This document shows positions 12,956 to 26,449 of a stretch of DNA of 64,000 nt, piece after piece. The stretch comes from Octopus vulgaris. Lineage: Eukaryota. The notes beneath the pieces were generated by a model. It was not told the DNA's origin and ran no database searches. It worked only from the letters and a program-made list of their open reading frames with translations. The stretch spans positions 157,852,001 through 157,916,000 of the forward strand of contig OX597814.1 of the NCBI GenBank assembly GCA_951406725.2, given 5' to 3'. The stretch's first letter is position 1. Every line of letters begins with the position of its first letter. The translations under genes were made by a program, and so were the position numbers.

Positions 12956-13188
12956 GAAGCTGGCCAGACGAACGTTTCTGGATTGGATTATGTAGAGATA
13001 TTGCTAAGGGCGTATTTGTATGGCAGAATGGAGAAGAACCCTCATTTCATTTCTGGATGGAGGGAAGACCTGATAACTATAAAGACAATGAGTACTGTGG
13101 ACTGCTAGACCAAAGAGCTGATCACAGATGGAATGATTTTATTTGTGACACAACGTATAGATATATATGCGGTATAGTCGTGCGTTAA
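12956..13188 (+). CDS. C-type lectin gene A, terminal coding exon (C-terminal half of CTLD)
   Basis: Acceptor tttgttttccag at 12955, phase 1 matches the upstream exon (A|GA = Arg). Translates SWPDERFWIGL...VWQNGE...W..GRPDN...EYC...WNDFIC...YIC GIVVR*. Confidence 0.92.
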
Positions 13189-13238
13189 ACGTGTCGCTGA
13201 AAGCACCATAATTATACGCGCACACATACATACACACA

Positions 13239-13304
<66 letters not shown>

Positions 13305-13307
<3 letters not shown>

Positions 13308-13468
13308 GACGGGCTTCTTTCAGTTTCTGTCTACGAAATCCACTCACAAAGTTATGGTCACCCGAGGATATAGTAGAAGACACTGGCCCAAGGTGTCATG
13401 TAGCAGGACTAATCTCGGAGCCATGTGGTTGGGAAGCAAGCTTCTTACCACACAGCCACGCCTGCGCC
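13305..13468 (-). mobile_element. tRNA-derived SINE (second family)
   Basis: Minus strand starts GGCGCAGGCGTGGCTGTGTGGTAAGAAGC (A-box-like) and runs into (TA)/(TG) tail. Confidence 0.7.
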
Positions 13469-14429
13469 TATATATACATAATAGGTAGATAGATACACAG
13501 TATATAATATATATACAATCACACACACACACACACGCACGCACACGCACACGCACACACACACACACATATACACACATACACACACACACCAGCTGAG
13601 TATCCTGACGTTGCTGGGTAATTTTCACAAAAAATGTCTTTCGGAATTGCACACCCAAATAAGTTGAATTTTCGAATCGTTTTTTTTTTTATCGAAACAC
13701 CCTTGAAAAATGATGAAGGAAAACTTTTTATGAAAAAACACATTTTGAAATTTTATTCATCATTGTGTCTTTTCCTTTTCACTACGCGCTCTATAGGAAA
13801 TGTCTTTGCTTTGGCCATTATTTTTCTTTTCTGCACTCTCCATTTAAAATAGATGGGAGGAGTCTTGAACGTTCAATACAAATTTTGGTATCAACGATTG
13901 CCATTAAAATTCCCACTTTCTTTATTTTCAAAACGAAAATGAAATGTAATTTTTTAAAAATAATAATTTTTTTCATTAACTTTGCCCATAAACCCTAGAA
14001 TTTCGGCTATTTTTGAAAATGTTATCATAATTTTCAGATACAGCCAGTCTGGATCTGAAATTTGTTTCTGTTTATAATTTCAAAATATTTTTCAGACGAA
14101 AAGATATGTGAGTTAAGGGAGATTTAGCTGTTGTTTTAGCACATCCCATGACAATCTGGTACCTTCTGCGTTTATTTACTGCGTGAATTAGTGTGTTTTT
14201 TTTATATTTTACTCCCAATGAACACATTTTATGGAATGATGCCACGGTGGTTCATTACTGCGATTTAAGCAAGAATAAAAAAATTAATTTCTAATCCCCC
14301 ATCCCTCACTAAGTGAGTGTGTGTGTGTGTATGTGTGGTTGTATCTCTGTGTGTGTCTGTCTGTATGTGTGTGTGTGTATGTGCGTGCGTATGTGCGTAG
14401 GTGCGTGCCTGTGTATGTAAAAGCACATT

Positions 14430-15055
14430 TACTAAAAGCAAAGTGTGCTATTAAGATAAATTACCTTTTACATACCTTTTTTTAGATCACTTCTTCGCCT
14501 TAATAACATTTGTACACATATGCACGCACTCACACTTACAAATAGACACACTCAGCGTGGGCTATATGCTTTTATAGAGAGTGAGAGATAGAGTGTGGTA
14601 AATATATTGAGAGAGGGTGGACGTTTACCATGAGAAACACGAAAAACGAAAAACATAGATAGAGAAATCCTTTCTGATGTTGTCACTGATTTTAAAGTTT
14701 TAAATTAAGTGAAATTTGGTATGTTGAAGTACGTTTGCACGTTGAATCAAAGTTTGTGATTAATTTATCCTGGAAAACGTTAGTAAAATGTTTCAGAGGT
14801 TTGAAGTTTGCTTATTACGCACGAACCCTTTGACTGAGTAAAACTCAATCAGGGCGTTCGTGCGTAACAGCTGTCCTAAAATGAAAGTAAACATTAGACG
14901 TTCTAATGAAAATGAAAGCAATACGTGAGATAATACATATACAGAGGGAGTGATAAAGAGTGTGGGTAACTAATAGAGAGAAATATATTGAAGGTGAGAG
15001 ACAGAAAAGGTATGTTAACGGTAATTTATCTTAATAGCACACTTTGCTGTTAGTA
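14430..15055. mobile_element. MITE-like element with 36-bp terminal inverted repeats and internal hairpin
   Basis: TACTAAAAGCAAAGTGTGCTATTAAGATAAATTACC (14430-14465) against its near-perfect reverse complement at 15020-15055; internal palindrome 14815-14867. Confidence 0.6.
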
Positions 15056-15105
15056 GAGTTGTCGGTCTAAATATTGAGTTAGTTGTAGTGATATATATAT
15101 ATATA

Positions 15106-15280
15106 TAGGGAGAGATAACGAAAAAAAAAACAGAAGACGAAGGCAGGTGGTGTACAAAACAAACAGATGTATTAGTATAACGCTCAGAAATAGAAATAGT
15201 TTTTTAAGTTTCGAGCCTACGCTCTTCTACAGAAAGGGACACAGAAAAAACAAGGAGAGAAACAATGAGAGAAAAAAAAA
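15106..15280 (-). mobile_element. Penelope-like pLTR fragment with degenerate minimal hammerhead
   Basis: Abuts (TA)n; minus strand CTTT-CTGTAGA-AGAGC-GTAG-GCTC-GAAA; related partial copy at ~47083-47195 also abuts (TA)n. Confidence 0.55.
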
Positions 15281-15559
15281 TATATATATCATTACAGACA
15301 TATTACTATATACACGGTATTTCAACCAAAACAAAAGATTCTTTACCTTTGCTTCAGTAAGTATTAGATATATTAATATATTATTTAGCGTTTCAGCTTG
15401 CAACAGTCCATTACTCAGAGTCACTTGCCACTGACAATGGAAGAGTTATATCACCATCGATATTTTAATATTCTCCATTAGCTTCTGTTCACAGCTAATG
15501 TTTTATCTTCTTTCCATGAAAGGTCCACTTTTCGCAGATCCCTATTAGTATTAGTCCTT

Positions 15560-18470
15560 GAGCCCAAAGCCCAAAATTTCTACATAATTCTTATGGTAAT
15601 TCTTAACTTGCTATGTCTCTAGTTTCTATTTATATATGATAGCCTTGTCAGAATGGTAGCTTACTAGTAACTGCGCATCCAAGGAATGGTAAATTCACTC
15701 TCCTCGTCTAATGTCCAACAACCGTCGATGGGGCTTGGAATAAAGGGTTGGGCTTATAGATATCTTCCCCAGATGGCTGCTTGATAGTTTGCTCGAAGAG
15801 CATGCATGAACAGGCAGTCCTTATATGGAGGTAGTTCTTTCATAGAGGTAGTCCTTACATGGAGGTAGTCCTTACATGGAGGTACTTCACTCGACTCAAT
15901 TTCTCCAAGTTTAGCGCAAAAGCGCTGTTACCCAAGTTTACTTACTTCAGTTGTTGAAGTACAAGGCATGTACATTTGGCAGATTATCATCTGTAGCTTT
16001 TGAAACAGTTCAGAATATTCATCCCAAGACCGCCCCAGTTCACTGAAGTCTTCTTGGAAGGTCTTGTTGGAGTTCATCTGTTTGAACTTTGTCAGCTTTC
16101 GCAGCCTGTGAAGGCATGTATGCCAATCAAAGCATCAGAGTTGCCACCTCTCAGTTCATGACTCATTTTCGTAATGTCAAGGAATCGCGTTCTGTTCTTT
16201 GTGCCACACTTCTAGAGCACGGGATTTTGCTACAGAACCCCAGGCATAAAATCAGAACATCAGTATCCTCAGCACTGATGACAACAGCTGTACTGCCTGA
16301 CTCAGTTGTGTGAAGTGCGTGGAGCAGGAGTCGCGCATCAGCTTCTTCTTGTGATGACTTTAACTCAGAGACCTTCTCCTAAATTTCTGCCATGATCATG
16401 AAGTTGAGATCGTCATATGTTACAAAAAGATCTTTGTCCGCCCCCAAGTTTTGATCTGCATGTTGCTCCCTTCCATTCATCCACCAGGAAATTTATCAGA
16501 CCTGCTTTATCGGGAGAGCTGCTGAGCAACTTACGCCACTGCTGGATAGTATGCCCAAGTGTTATGCTTCTGAACTGGATTCCTATTTCTGATTCCCTGT
16601 TAATCTTTTCTGCATTTTGTATGGACGTTTCCTTGTAAACATCAAAGACAACATCCGTACGATGACTCTGGGCTCCCCCGTGGAGAACGTGAGTCATCAA
16701 TGAATCTGCGATCTGCGAGAAGGTTTTATCACTTCCTTTCAGTTTCTGGACCAAGTTCATCCTGTCGATAACTGTTGCTGACGGACTTGGAAGAATTCTT
16801 CTCCAACTCTCTAGCTAGGGATGCTTTGTTGGTATTACGAAGAGATCCATCAACTTTTCAGTCCCATTTTAGCCATCCATCTTGTCATGGAATCTTTTAG
16901 AATACACATCAGCTTCGACATGTTCTTGTCTGAAGACATGGTATGATTCTTCTCTAAGCTTATTAGCATTCAGGAGATAATTTTCTATGTCTAGTAGTGT
17001 TCAGGTTTGATTGGGTTTAGCCAACTTGCCTCCATGGGCTGGACAAGGGATTACACATCCGCTTCATCTTTCTTGATCCTTGACTGATTCAGATCAGTGT
17101 GGTTCAAGGACTTGAGTTTTCTTCCATTTGACATATCTCTCAGTTGCTGCAAGGATGAGCTGCGATACTCTGAGGTTAAATAGAACGTAGCCACTGCTCC
17201 AGCTTTCGGACTGAAAAATTTCCAGGAGTTAGTGTGTCCACCAGGAGTTTGGCTGTCCTTGTTAACCGTCGCTTCGATTGTTTAGTCCACTGGTATATAT
17301 CCAAATGGATTTCGTTCTCCAATCTGGACTGAAAAACCACCATTCATGAAGCGTGCATGGACTTCAGGATGTCCAAAATGGATTCGAGGCATCATTGTAT
17401 AGTAGTAGATCAGGAAACGAGCATAGTTCACCTTTTCATCGGAAAAACACCATGGGATCATCTCTCGGATGGAGGATCCAGTCACCTTCTCTGGACGCTC
17501 AGCCAAGTATGATCTCCACCATGTCTATGTATGACTTCCAGAAATCCGACAGACTATACACGCACCTAAGGGATTCAAAGTAGGTTTGAAACAGCTACAA
17601 GATCCTTGTAGGGGATTCATTTCTAAGAACCTCTTGGAGGTACATCTGGTTGACGGTGCTTTGAAAGTTGCCTATAACCTTCAATGTTTCTGCTAGGTGA
17701 GGCTCATCTTCTGTATGATTGTCCTCTACTCATGGGAGAAACCCTTTCCAAGCAAGCCTCATTGATGTTTCATGCACAAGTTTGTGTACCCTGACTGCAC
17801 GGTTGTACTTGCGTCCTTCCATGATCCCAGCCACTGATCCATCAGCTGTGACACCTGATTAAACACACATATCCCTGAGCCCTGCATCTTCAAACCGCTT
17901 GCCGACAATAGAAAGGAGGTTGCATATTGTATGGAAACCCCCATTCTGATGATTATGTTTCTATACTTGTCTTTTTTCCATACTATTTCAGCTGCCTTGG
18001 CATTGAATGCTTGGTCAAATACACGAAAATATCATGATGAGCTGCAAGGAATCTATGATTCGAGTAGTTTGTTCCAGCACTTTATTCACAATGGACATGT
18101 CTGTTACAGGAGCATTGATAGTTGGTAGCTAGCTCACTGTGTCCTCGACAACTGTGACATCATTACGGGTCTAGATGTTGAATGCTGTCCAGTTGCTTGT
18201 TGTCTGGTTCCCTGGGTCAGACATTCGTGTCAAAAGCCAAACATGGTTCTTCCTTTCTGCATTTTCGGCCTGTTCATCACTGTCGATTTCTAGTGTCTCC
18301 GTCTTGGGTGGTCAAGCATGATGCCCAACATTTTAAATCGGTAGCAGCAATGGATAGGGATTAATGCTTCATTTCTTGGATTTGGTAACTAGAGACACAA
18401 CATTCTGTGGCATGGGTCCTGAAACTTTGGGCTGGACGACGATGCGCAAAAATACTTCTGTATGAGTGTT
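15560..18470 (-). pseudogene. Degenerate Academ-like (transposase + XPG/PIN nuclease) DNA transposon
   Basis: Fragments IPWCF..KVNYAR, GGFSVQ..NPFG.IPVD, RTDVVFDVY..SI, SSQEEADARLLLHA, EDTDVL in shifting frames; superfamily assignment from recalled motifs; ends not resolved. Confidence 0.6.
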
Positions 18471-19741
18471 GGTGAAATTTCATAAATCTGCAAAAAGAGA
18501 ACAATGCTACCGACCTGAAAGAACTATCACATTTTTTTACACTCATATTGACCCTATAAATATTTTAACTCCACTTAGGTTTATTCACTCCGGATGTTAA
18601 CGCTAGCTAACGTGACTCATGGATTATATACTTTACTAGATTATACATAATTTTCCTTTTCTCTTATTTTTCACAAAGAATGAAACCACAAGTGATTTTC
18701 AGGCACAGAACTTTACAATAACCACAATAAAATTGTTATCAAAAACTGTATTGAGTTTTTCTTTCTTGATATACTCGGACTAACTAAACTAGACTTACAC
18801 ACACTAGCACGCACACATATGTATATATGTATGTAGATCTTTAGCTGGGATAAAAAGTCACATTCGATCACAGCACCAATAACAGTTAAGCTTCGTGCAA
18901 TGGCCATACTCGATAACGAGGGGGCAGCCATCATGTATGTATGTATGTATCTATCTATCTCACTCTCCATCTTTCTATATATATGCGTGTGTGTGGGAAA
19001 GAGAAAGAGAGAGAGAGAGAGAGTACATATATACTTAATGCATCTAGTAGGGTGTTTCTTCGTTAATTTCGTCAGTTAAAATAAACACAATGATATAAAG
19101 TTTTCATAAGTCACGTTATTCGGTTTTATATCTAGACGCAATCTAACCTAATACCACAAATCATGACCCATATACTAATAAGCATCAGGCAGTGGATAAA
19201 TTCATTGTAATCCGACATAACTACATTCAAGAGGGCTGTATACCAAGAGGTAACCAACACCGTTGTGAATACAATATCCTAGAATGTGATATGGTGTAAT
19301 CCATCACACAATAACGGTATACAAAACCAGTGTTACAAAATATTTCCAATTCCTCATCAGTAAACAATTCTTGAATGGCTGTAAATATCAAAAGCTCTCC
19401 AAACAAACCTCGCATTCTGTTAAGCTATAGCTGCACAAAAGCCATATTACATATCACTAAAAACAACACTTCAAATCTTTTCTAACCAAACAGAGAGTAA
19501 AGAAAGCGTTACACAATTGTGAAACATAGTTTTATCTGATAAAGGGCAAAATTATTGAGAAAAACATTTCATGCTTGATTGTGTTTTCTTCGACAACATA
19601 CCAACATGCAGTATACGTTTTCAAAGAGTCACCTTTGCCAGTATAACATTCCGTTTCATTATCTACGCCTAGGAAGCATCAGATTCTGGCAAAGTATGTT
19701 TCTTAAAAAAGCAGAATATACAGGAAAACGAGCAACATCTC

Positions 19742-19984
19742 ATTGGTGGTTTTATATAAGACACAGGCTTTTATGAACGGATTAAAGCACTGTGATTCCT
19801 GTATTTAAGAGAAACTTCACATCATTCTCCTCCCACTTACATGAAAAAAAAGAGGGAACAGACTTTGACTTGATGCATGCCGGAATTCTTTGATAATTTC
19901 AAAGTAACTATATAACTCTCCAGAGCATTGACGTGGACTATGGACAACAGATCTGCCTGAAAGCAAACGCTATTCAGGGTACGT
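19742..19984 (+). promoter_or_regulatory. Candidate TATA promoter and non-coding first exon (possibly of lectin gene B)
   Basis: ATTGG at 19742, TATATAAG at ~19753, donor-like CAGG|gtacgt at 19978 followed by a pyrimidine microsatellite as after the lectin exons; no open frame found. Confidence 0.2.
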
Positions 19985-20463
19985 AATACCTGTTTTTCTC
20001 ATATCCTCTCTGTTACTTACTCACTCACTCACTAACTCGCTCTCTCGCTCACTCACTCTCTCACTCTCTCTCTTTCCCCCTCTCTCTCTCACGTACACAC
20101 TTACACACACCATAAGCATATATGCATATATGTGTTTGTATGCATATATGCATACAAACTCATATACATATATAATAATTTTAATGTGTCTATGAAATTT
20201 GCAAGTCGTATATCCAGTGGGTTATAGATCACTGTGTTCCATTGAATTCCAAGAAATTATAGACAATAATGCGAAGAAATTATAGACAATAATGTATAGA
20301 TTATAATGGTCGTACACTGCGGATAAATGTTATATGACAGAAGGGTAAGGTGTGGAAGGATTCATTTATAAAATTTACACACGCTTTTCAGTGAGAGTTA
20401 CTTAAAGATCAGAGACCGTTACTTAAAGACCGGCAACAGTTTAAGGATTGATAAATAGAAATA

Positions 20464-21730
20464 CAGGGGTTGGACAAAATAATGGAAACACCAAGCATCA
20501 AGCATCATAATTTTGAAATATCTGTAAAGCCGTCAAAACCTTGTTTATTTTCATGTTCTTGATTTAATATGAGTGTTGCTTAATATGTTTTTTTTCTAAA
20601 ATTGCTGGGGTTTTTTTTTACATATCATCAGAAAATAAAATTTATTAAAATATCAGATCTATAGGACTTTCAAAGACGTCAAATTGTTGGTGCTCGTATT
20701 GCAGGCGCTAGCGTAACGAAAACAGATGAAATTTTTGGTGTATCAAGAAGTACTGTCTTGAAAGTAATGACAGCTTTTGAGACAGAGGAAAAAATGCCCT
20801 CCTCCACAAAACAAAAATCTGGAAGTAAACTAAAACTTTCAGATAGGCCATTGGACGCTTACGCGAATTGTTAGAAAAGATGACAAAAGTACTGCTCCCA
20901 AAATTACTGCAGAGCTTAATGACCACCTCGAGAATCCAGTTTCCACAAACCTGTCCACCGGGAGCTGCACAAAGTCGGATTTCACGGGAGAGCAGCAATC
21001 AGAAAACCACTACTTACGAAACAAATGTTGCAAAGCATTTAGAGTGGAGTAAAAATGTGCAGAATTGGTCTCTAGAGCAGTGGAAAAATGTTATTTTCTT
21101 GGACGAGTCATCCTTTACTTTTTTTCGACCATCGGCCAAGTATAGGTGTGGAGACATCCAAAAGAAGTAGTTAATCAAGACTGCCATCTTCCAACTGTTA
21201 AACCGGGAGGAGGATCTGTGAAGATTTCGGGGGCTGTATCTAGGGAATCTGCCAGCTCAGTGGTTTCCCTTCATGGCAGAATTAATAGTCAAGACTATTT
21301 AAGCATTTTATATAATCAAATTCATCCTATGGTTGCGAAACTGTTTCCCGAGTGAAACGCAATCTTTCAGGATGATAATGCACCAATTCACACAGCTAAA
21401 TTTGTTAGTGACTGGCACGAGGAACATTCTAGTGAAGTTGAACATCTTATCAGGCCACCACTGTCCCCAGACCTCAATATTACTGAACATCTATTTTGCA
21501 TTTTAGAAAAACAAAAGTAAGGATTCGATAGCCTCCACCATCTCTAAAAGAACCAGAGACTGTTTTAGCTGAAGAATGGACACAAATTCCTTTGGAAACA
21601 ATTCAAACTTTGTAGGAGTCCATATCTTGTAGAATTCAAGCTGTAATTACTGCTAAAGGCGGTCCTACCCCATATTAAAATAAATTTGCACGAAATTTTA
21701 AGGTGTTTGCATTATTTTGTCCAACCCCTG
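20464..21730 (+). mobile_element. Tc1-family DNA transposon, full length, defective transposase
   Basis: TIRs CAGGGGTTGGACAAAATAATG / CATTATTTTGTCCAACCCCTG, TA on both sides; motifs VIFLDESSF, PTVKPGGGSV, FQDDNAPIH, SPDLNITEHL. Confidence 0.93.
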
Positions 21731-21759
21731 TAGGTAGACGATGTGAATTCGAATGAAAC

Positions 21760-23300
21760 ACAGTACTATTCCACTGGGTGCCATTCTCCGTGTATTCAAG
21801 TATGAAGCATTTCTCTCAATTGGAATTGCACTGACGTGCGCAGCGTACTCTGTTCTGACCGTAATGTTGAAAAAGTCTTCTTACCATTTCTTTTCAGCAG
21901 ATCCTCCTAGGGTCTTTATTTGTAACGTGACTGGAACAACAACACCAGTCATGTGTGATTTGAGATGTTTATGATTTGGGTTCGCATGTGTCCCAAGTCA
22001 CCCAAGAACGGATATCTAAAGAAATGCTGTGTTAGAATCACAGTGGGTGGAATATAAATACCCTCCTTCATTTTGGAACCGGTTAATAGACTCAGAAAGG
22101 TGTTTTAGAAAAGTCTGAGGGCACATCAACTATCTGTGAAACTAGTTAGAAGTCTGGCTGTCCACAGTTGACAAGTCAGTTCTTGGAAAGTTAAAAGGCC
22201 GGTTTTAACGACATAGCGTCCTCCAGTTGATATTGGGCGGCACTTGGTATAATGAAGACCCACAATCTACCATAGAGGGACTTTGAGGAGAGAGTTAGTA
22301 GGTTCCAGTAGAAAAGGCTGAGACTTCCACTGTACCTGAGTAGGTCGCCCAGCATGGAAAGAATAAGAAATCGAACCTACACTCTAGTAGATTAAGAGAA
22401 AGATTCATGGTGACCCGTACTTGAATGGGATTGTTAAACCAAGATTGCTGCGATTCTAAACTGTTTGGGGTTGGTAATGAAGTCCGAAGTGTCTGAAAAT
22501 TGAGAGCAGAGGGAGCTGTCGTGGCTGTAGAGTCGTGACTAAGAAACAGAGTGTGGCGTTGTATCTTTTGGAATGTATGGCTTTTGTAGTGCTAAAACCA
22601 TTTCACATTGATAAAGTGCAAAGAAAGGACAGACGGCTACTGACCCAGAATGAGATGCGCGTATTAGTCGTGAAAGAATGATACAGCCAGTGTGTTGGGA
22701 TGAGAGATCATTGCCAAATTGTGACAAACCGGTGGTGCACAAAATCCCAGGGCCTGGGTTTTGAAGAGTGGAGTATCATCGGATAAAACTTTACGACATG
22801 CTATTGAGCTAATCAAACATGTTCTGCAGGATTAAGCCAGAGATACCAGTTTGCTCGCAGTGTCCGACGAGAGACATTTCGGGTAAGATTGAGGTATGAA
22901 TAGATTTCGACGCTCATAGCAGATATTATCCGGAGTAAGATAAATGATTTCTGCCGTCTTCGGCCCAAAAAGATTTTCGCTTTTGTTAAGAGTAGTATGA
23001 AAAAGCTACTAGCTTCCAGATCCTCGACTCTCCACGTCTACTTGAAATGTCTACCTGGGGAAGCAGCTAAAGTTCCCAGAAACTGTCTGCTTAATATAAT
23101 TAAAACCAGATATGGTGTTATTATCAGAAGTATTCAAGCCGGTCGTTCTGTTAGAATTTTCCATTCTCTGGGATTACCACATTGAAAAGGCGATCTAGAA
23201 TATGTGTCAAGCAACATGTGATCCTAGCGAAATGGGATGCAGACGGTTTTTAAGCCAAACCCTCTGTAGAGCTTACAACATGCTGGAAATCACAGAGTAG
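21760..23300 (-). pseudogene. Possible highly decayed CR1/L2-like LINE fragment (endonuclease region)
   Basis: Minus-strand remnants LQNPGP, YQVPPN and FNFPRTD resemble NPGP / YRPP / GDFNFP.ID; heavily disrupted. Confidence 0.3.
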
Positions 23301-25719
23301 TAGGGAGAAGACCATCAAATTGGTTATGTAAAGAATTTTGTCTTGTGCTCCAGCAGCAGTTTCAGTCTCACCACGATACAGATAAGGCATCAATTTGGTC
23401 GCGAAATAATAGTGGATTACATTCATTCTGATACATTTTTTTTATTAAACCTTGAGGAATGAGATATAATAATCGACCCGGTTGAATTTGAATTCAGAAT
23501 ATAAAAGAACGACGCGCTTCATCCAAAATGTTAGCGATTTTACAAAGGCATCGCTTTGTGCACCATTATAATTTTGATTTTATAATATCTGCTTAAAATT
23601 TCAAATTTATGGACTGATTAAAGTGGACATTATCAGACTTAGCACATCATTGTATTGATCCCACAAAGTCGGACTCAGCATGATTTGAACCTAGAAGATA
23701 AAGATTCAATATTAAATACAGTAAATCATTTTATGTGACACTATCGTTTGTGTGTATTCGCTGCCTTAAATTGCACCACATAATTCCGAACAGAGGTACA
23801 AATCTTCAAATTTAAGGGATTTGATATAGTTAGCCATATTCTTCTCACAACTTGGCATATACTTTATTTTACCAATCAGAAATGATGGAATATAAAGTCG
23901 AACTCGGCCGAATTTGAACTCATTCTATAGAATAGTAACTAAATTTTACTAGGGATTTTGCCGACGTTCACATGATTTTTAGGCCATTTTTTCAATAATA
24001 AATGAAATACGAAGATTATTTGTATGTAAATTAATTAATTAATTATTATATATATAAATAATAAATAAATTAAATTTTGATGTATATAGAGTTGAAAATG
24101 TCAAGTGGAAAATGTTTCAGGCCGTTATTTTTCTTAAGTTCAGATCACACTTCAGAAATGAACTAAAATACTCCGACTCATACATTGAATTACATTCTTA
24201 TTCTTATTGTGTAAGAGTACATCAAGCACAACCATGTTCAAAGTCTATAATCATTCCATTATTTTATGACGGTAGGGTCGTATTAGAGTGAAATTTGGTT
24301 TCTATAACAAGCAGGTCATGAAACGAGTTTATGGTTTCTTTTTCATGGATATTACTACAATTTACTTGTCAATGTGTATTAGTGTGTACTCAACAAAGAA
24401 TTATCTCCCTTCCACGTTCTGTCTGTGACGTTGCAGTTAATTGTGTTAAGATATCGGTTTACAAGCAGAAAGCTTTGATATGCTGCTTATTCCGCCACTC
24501 GTACTTGCGCTGCATAGAAGACCAAGGTACATAACTCTCATTTGTTCATTTCATAATTAGTTTCTGTTTTATTTGTAATTCAGAATAAAACAAGGTAATT
24601 TCTCTTTAAATTTCGTTTACACCCTGAAAACTAGTTAGAAATACTATTATATGTATTTTACAACTTTTACGGTGAGATGAAACTCCAGACTACACGAAGA
24701 ATGTTATCACTACACATGATTTACATATTCACCATATATAAAGCAGAGCCAACGAAGGAGCTTCTATATGGTTCTTTGACTTGCTGCATGTTGCATCAAA
24801 ATCTCTCTCGAAACATATCATATGGCCTTAAAAACGGTTATTCGACTGTGCGATCAAATCTTAACTATCTCCGGAAAGACAGGATGGGCATGGCTATAAA
24901 AACTGCTAGTCAATCGTTTCCTCATTCTTTATTCTTCATTTTCATACATAACATATAAACATATATTGTTTATTCTTTGTTGGCAGAACTTGGTCCTTCA
25001 CAAAGCACCATCAATCAACACTTCCTTAAGCTCGGCGTCGTTGGTATGTGTCTGCAGAGTGTGTATGTGTGGGTGTGTTTCCGCTGAGCGCGCGTAATGT
25101 ATGTATGTATGTATGTATGTATGTATGTATGCCATTATTCAGTGTATTTCAAGATTTCTTGCCAGTAGAGAAAGAACCGGTCTCTAACCTAGATCCAAGC
25201 CTCCTTCATTGGAATTTCGACATCAACAACAGGGTATTTTGTTTGTTTGTATGTATGTATGTTCACATGTATGTATGTGCATGTAGTTGCATATCTAGAC
25301 ATTCTCATATATATATAAATTATAAACTTCTGGAAAGTTTTACAGATTGCATGTATGTATGTGTGTAGGTATGTATGTATATGTGTGTGTATGTGTGTAT
25401 GTATGTTTGGCTGCCTGCGTATTTACATAAATAGGTATATATATGCATAACTCTGGTGTTTATATGTGTGTATAACAAGTCTGGTGTGTTCTGGACAGTA
25501 TCAAGCGGTGGCAAAGCGTCATGGAGTGGTGAACAGGTTTTGTTGGATTAAGCTTTGGAGGTGCAAGGAGATGAAGTAAAGAGATATTATATACATATAT
25601 ACATATACATATACATATACATACATACATGCATACATACATACATACACACACATATATATATATATAATTGAATTTCTGCCTGGTTGTCCGTCAAAAA
25701 TGAAAATAAAGACAGTAAA

Positions 25720-26175
25720 TCTGTAGGAGTAGTCTCATTCTGGTTCAGATTCGAAACCGAATCTTTCAATTTTCCTTGGGCATACGGCCTATTCAAACGT
25801 CAAAAGAAACCATGACAGATGAGTGTTCCCCTTTGCCTGTGGTCTTTTCAGTGGCATCACAAGTTCACTCACATATTGAGTGCCTTGAATTCAGTAAAGC
25901 TATTGTACTATATGATAGTGTCTGTTTGTTCATCAAAATGAAAGTAAAGACAGCAGAAACTGTCGGAGTTGTTTTACCCTTGCTCAGATTCGAAACTGAA
26001 TATTAAAATTTTCCTTGGGTATACGGCCTATTCAAACGTCAAAATGAACATTGACAAATGCTTGTTTCACTTGACTTGTGGCCATTTCAGTGCCGTCGCA
26101 CAGTCACCTGGATTCGGTAAAGCAATTTTTCTATATGATATAGCTATTCTTCTAGATTGTTGGTTCAGATATAAA
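25720..26175 (+). repeat. Diverged tandem duplication of a ~240-bp unit upstream of the Helitron ORF
   Basis: CAGATTCGAAAC.GAAT...TTTTCCTTGGG.ATACGGCCTATTCAAACGTCAAAA at ~25746 and ~25985. Confidence 0.75.
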
Positions 26176-26449
26176 TATAAAAACTTCTTTGAGATAAGCA
26201 TAGAGAATCTGACACTGAAGCGAGGCGTAGAACACGTACACATAGAACATAACGGGGAAACAAAAAGCATCGACACACTCAGAAAAAGATACTTCACATC
26301 AACAACATGCATTCCGACTTAGTAAAACTTTTTTTTATAACAGAACGTGTTGCATTCCTGTAATATAGCGTAGGAAATTCAGCGCTAACACTGACAGGAC
26401 ACAGCATTTATAATTCAATTTGATTATAACAAACTCATATTCCTTATCA

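Noticed and set aside
22752-22790. 2A-like NPGP peptide
   Set aside because: LQNPGP lacks the D(V/I)ExNPGP consensus and the region is too decayed
24139-24390. Candidate signal-peptide exons for gene B (24139-24230; MVSFSWILLQFTCQCVL at 24331)
   Set aside because: The first has an in-frame stop or incompatible phase; the second has a weak donor and no independent support
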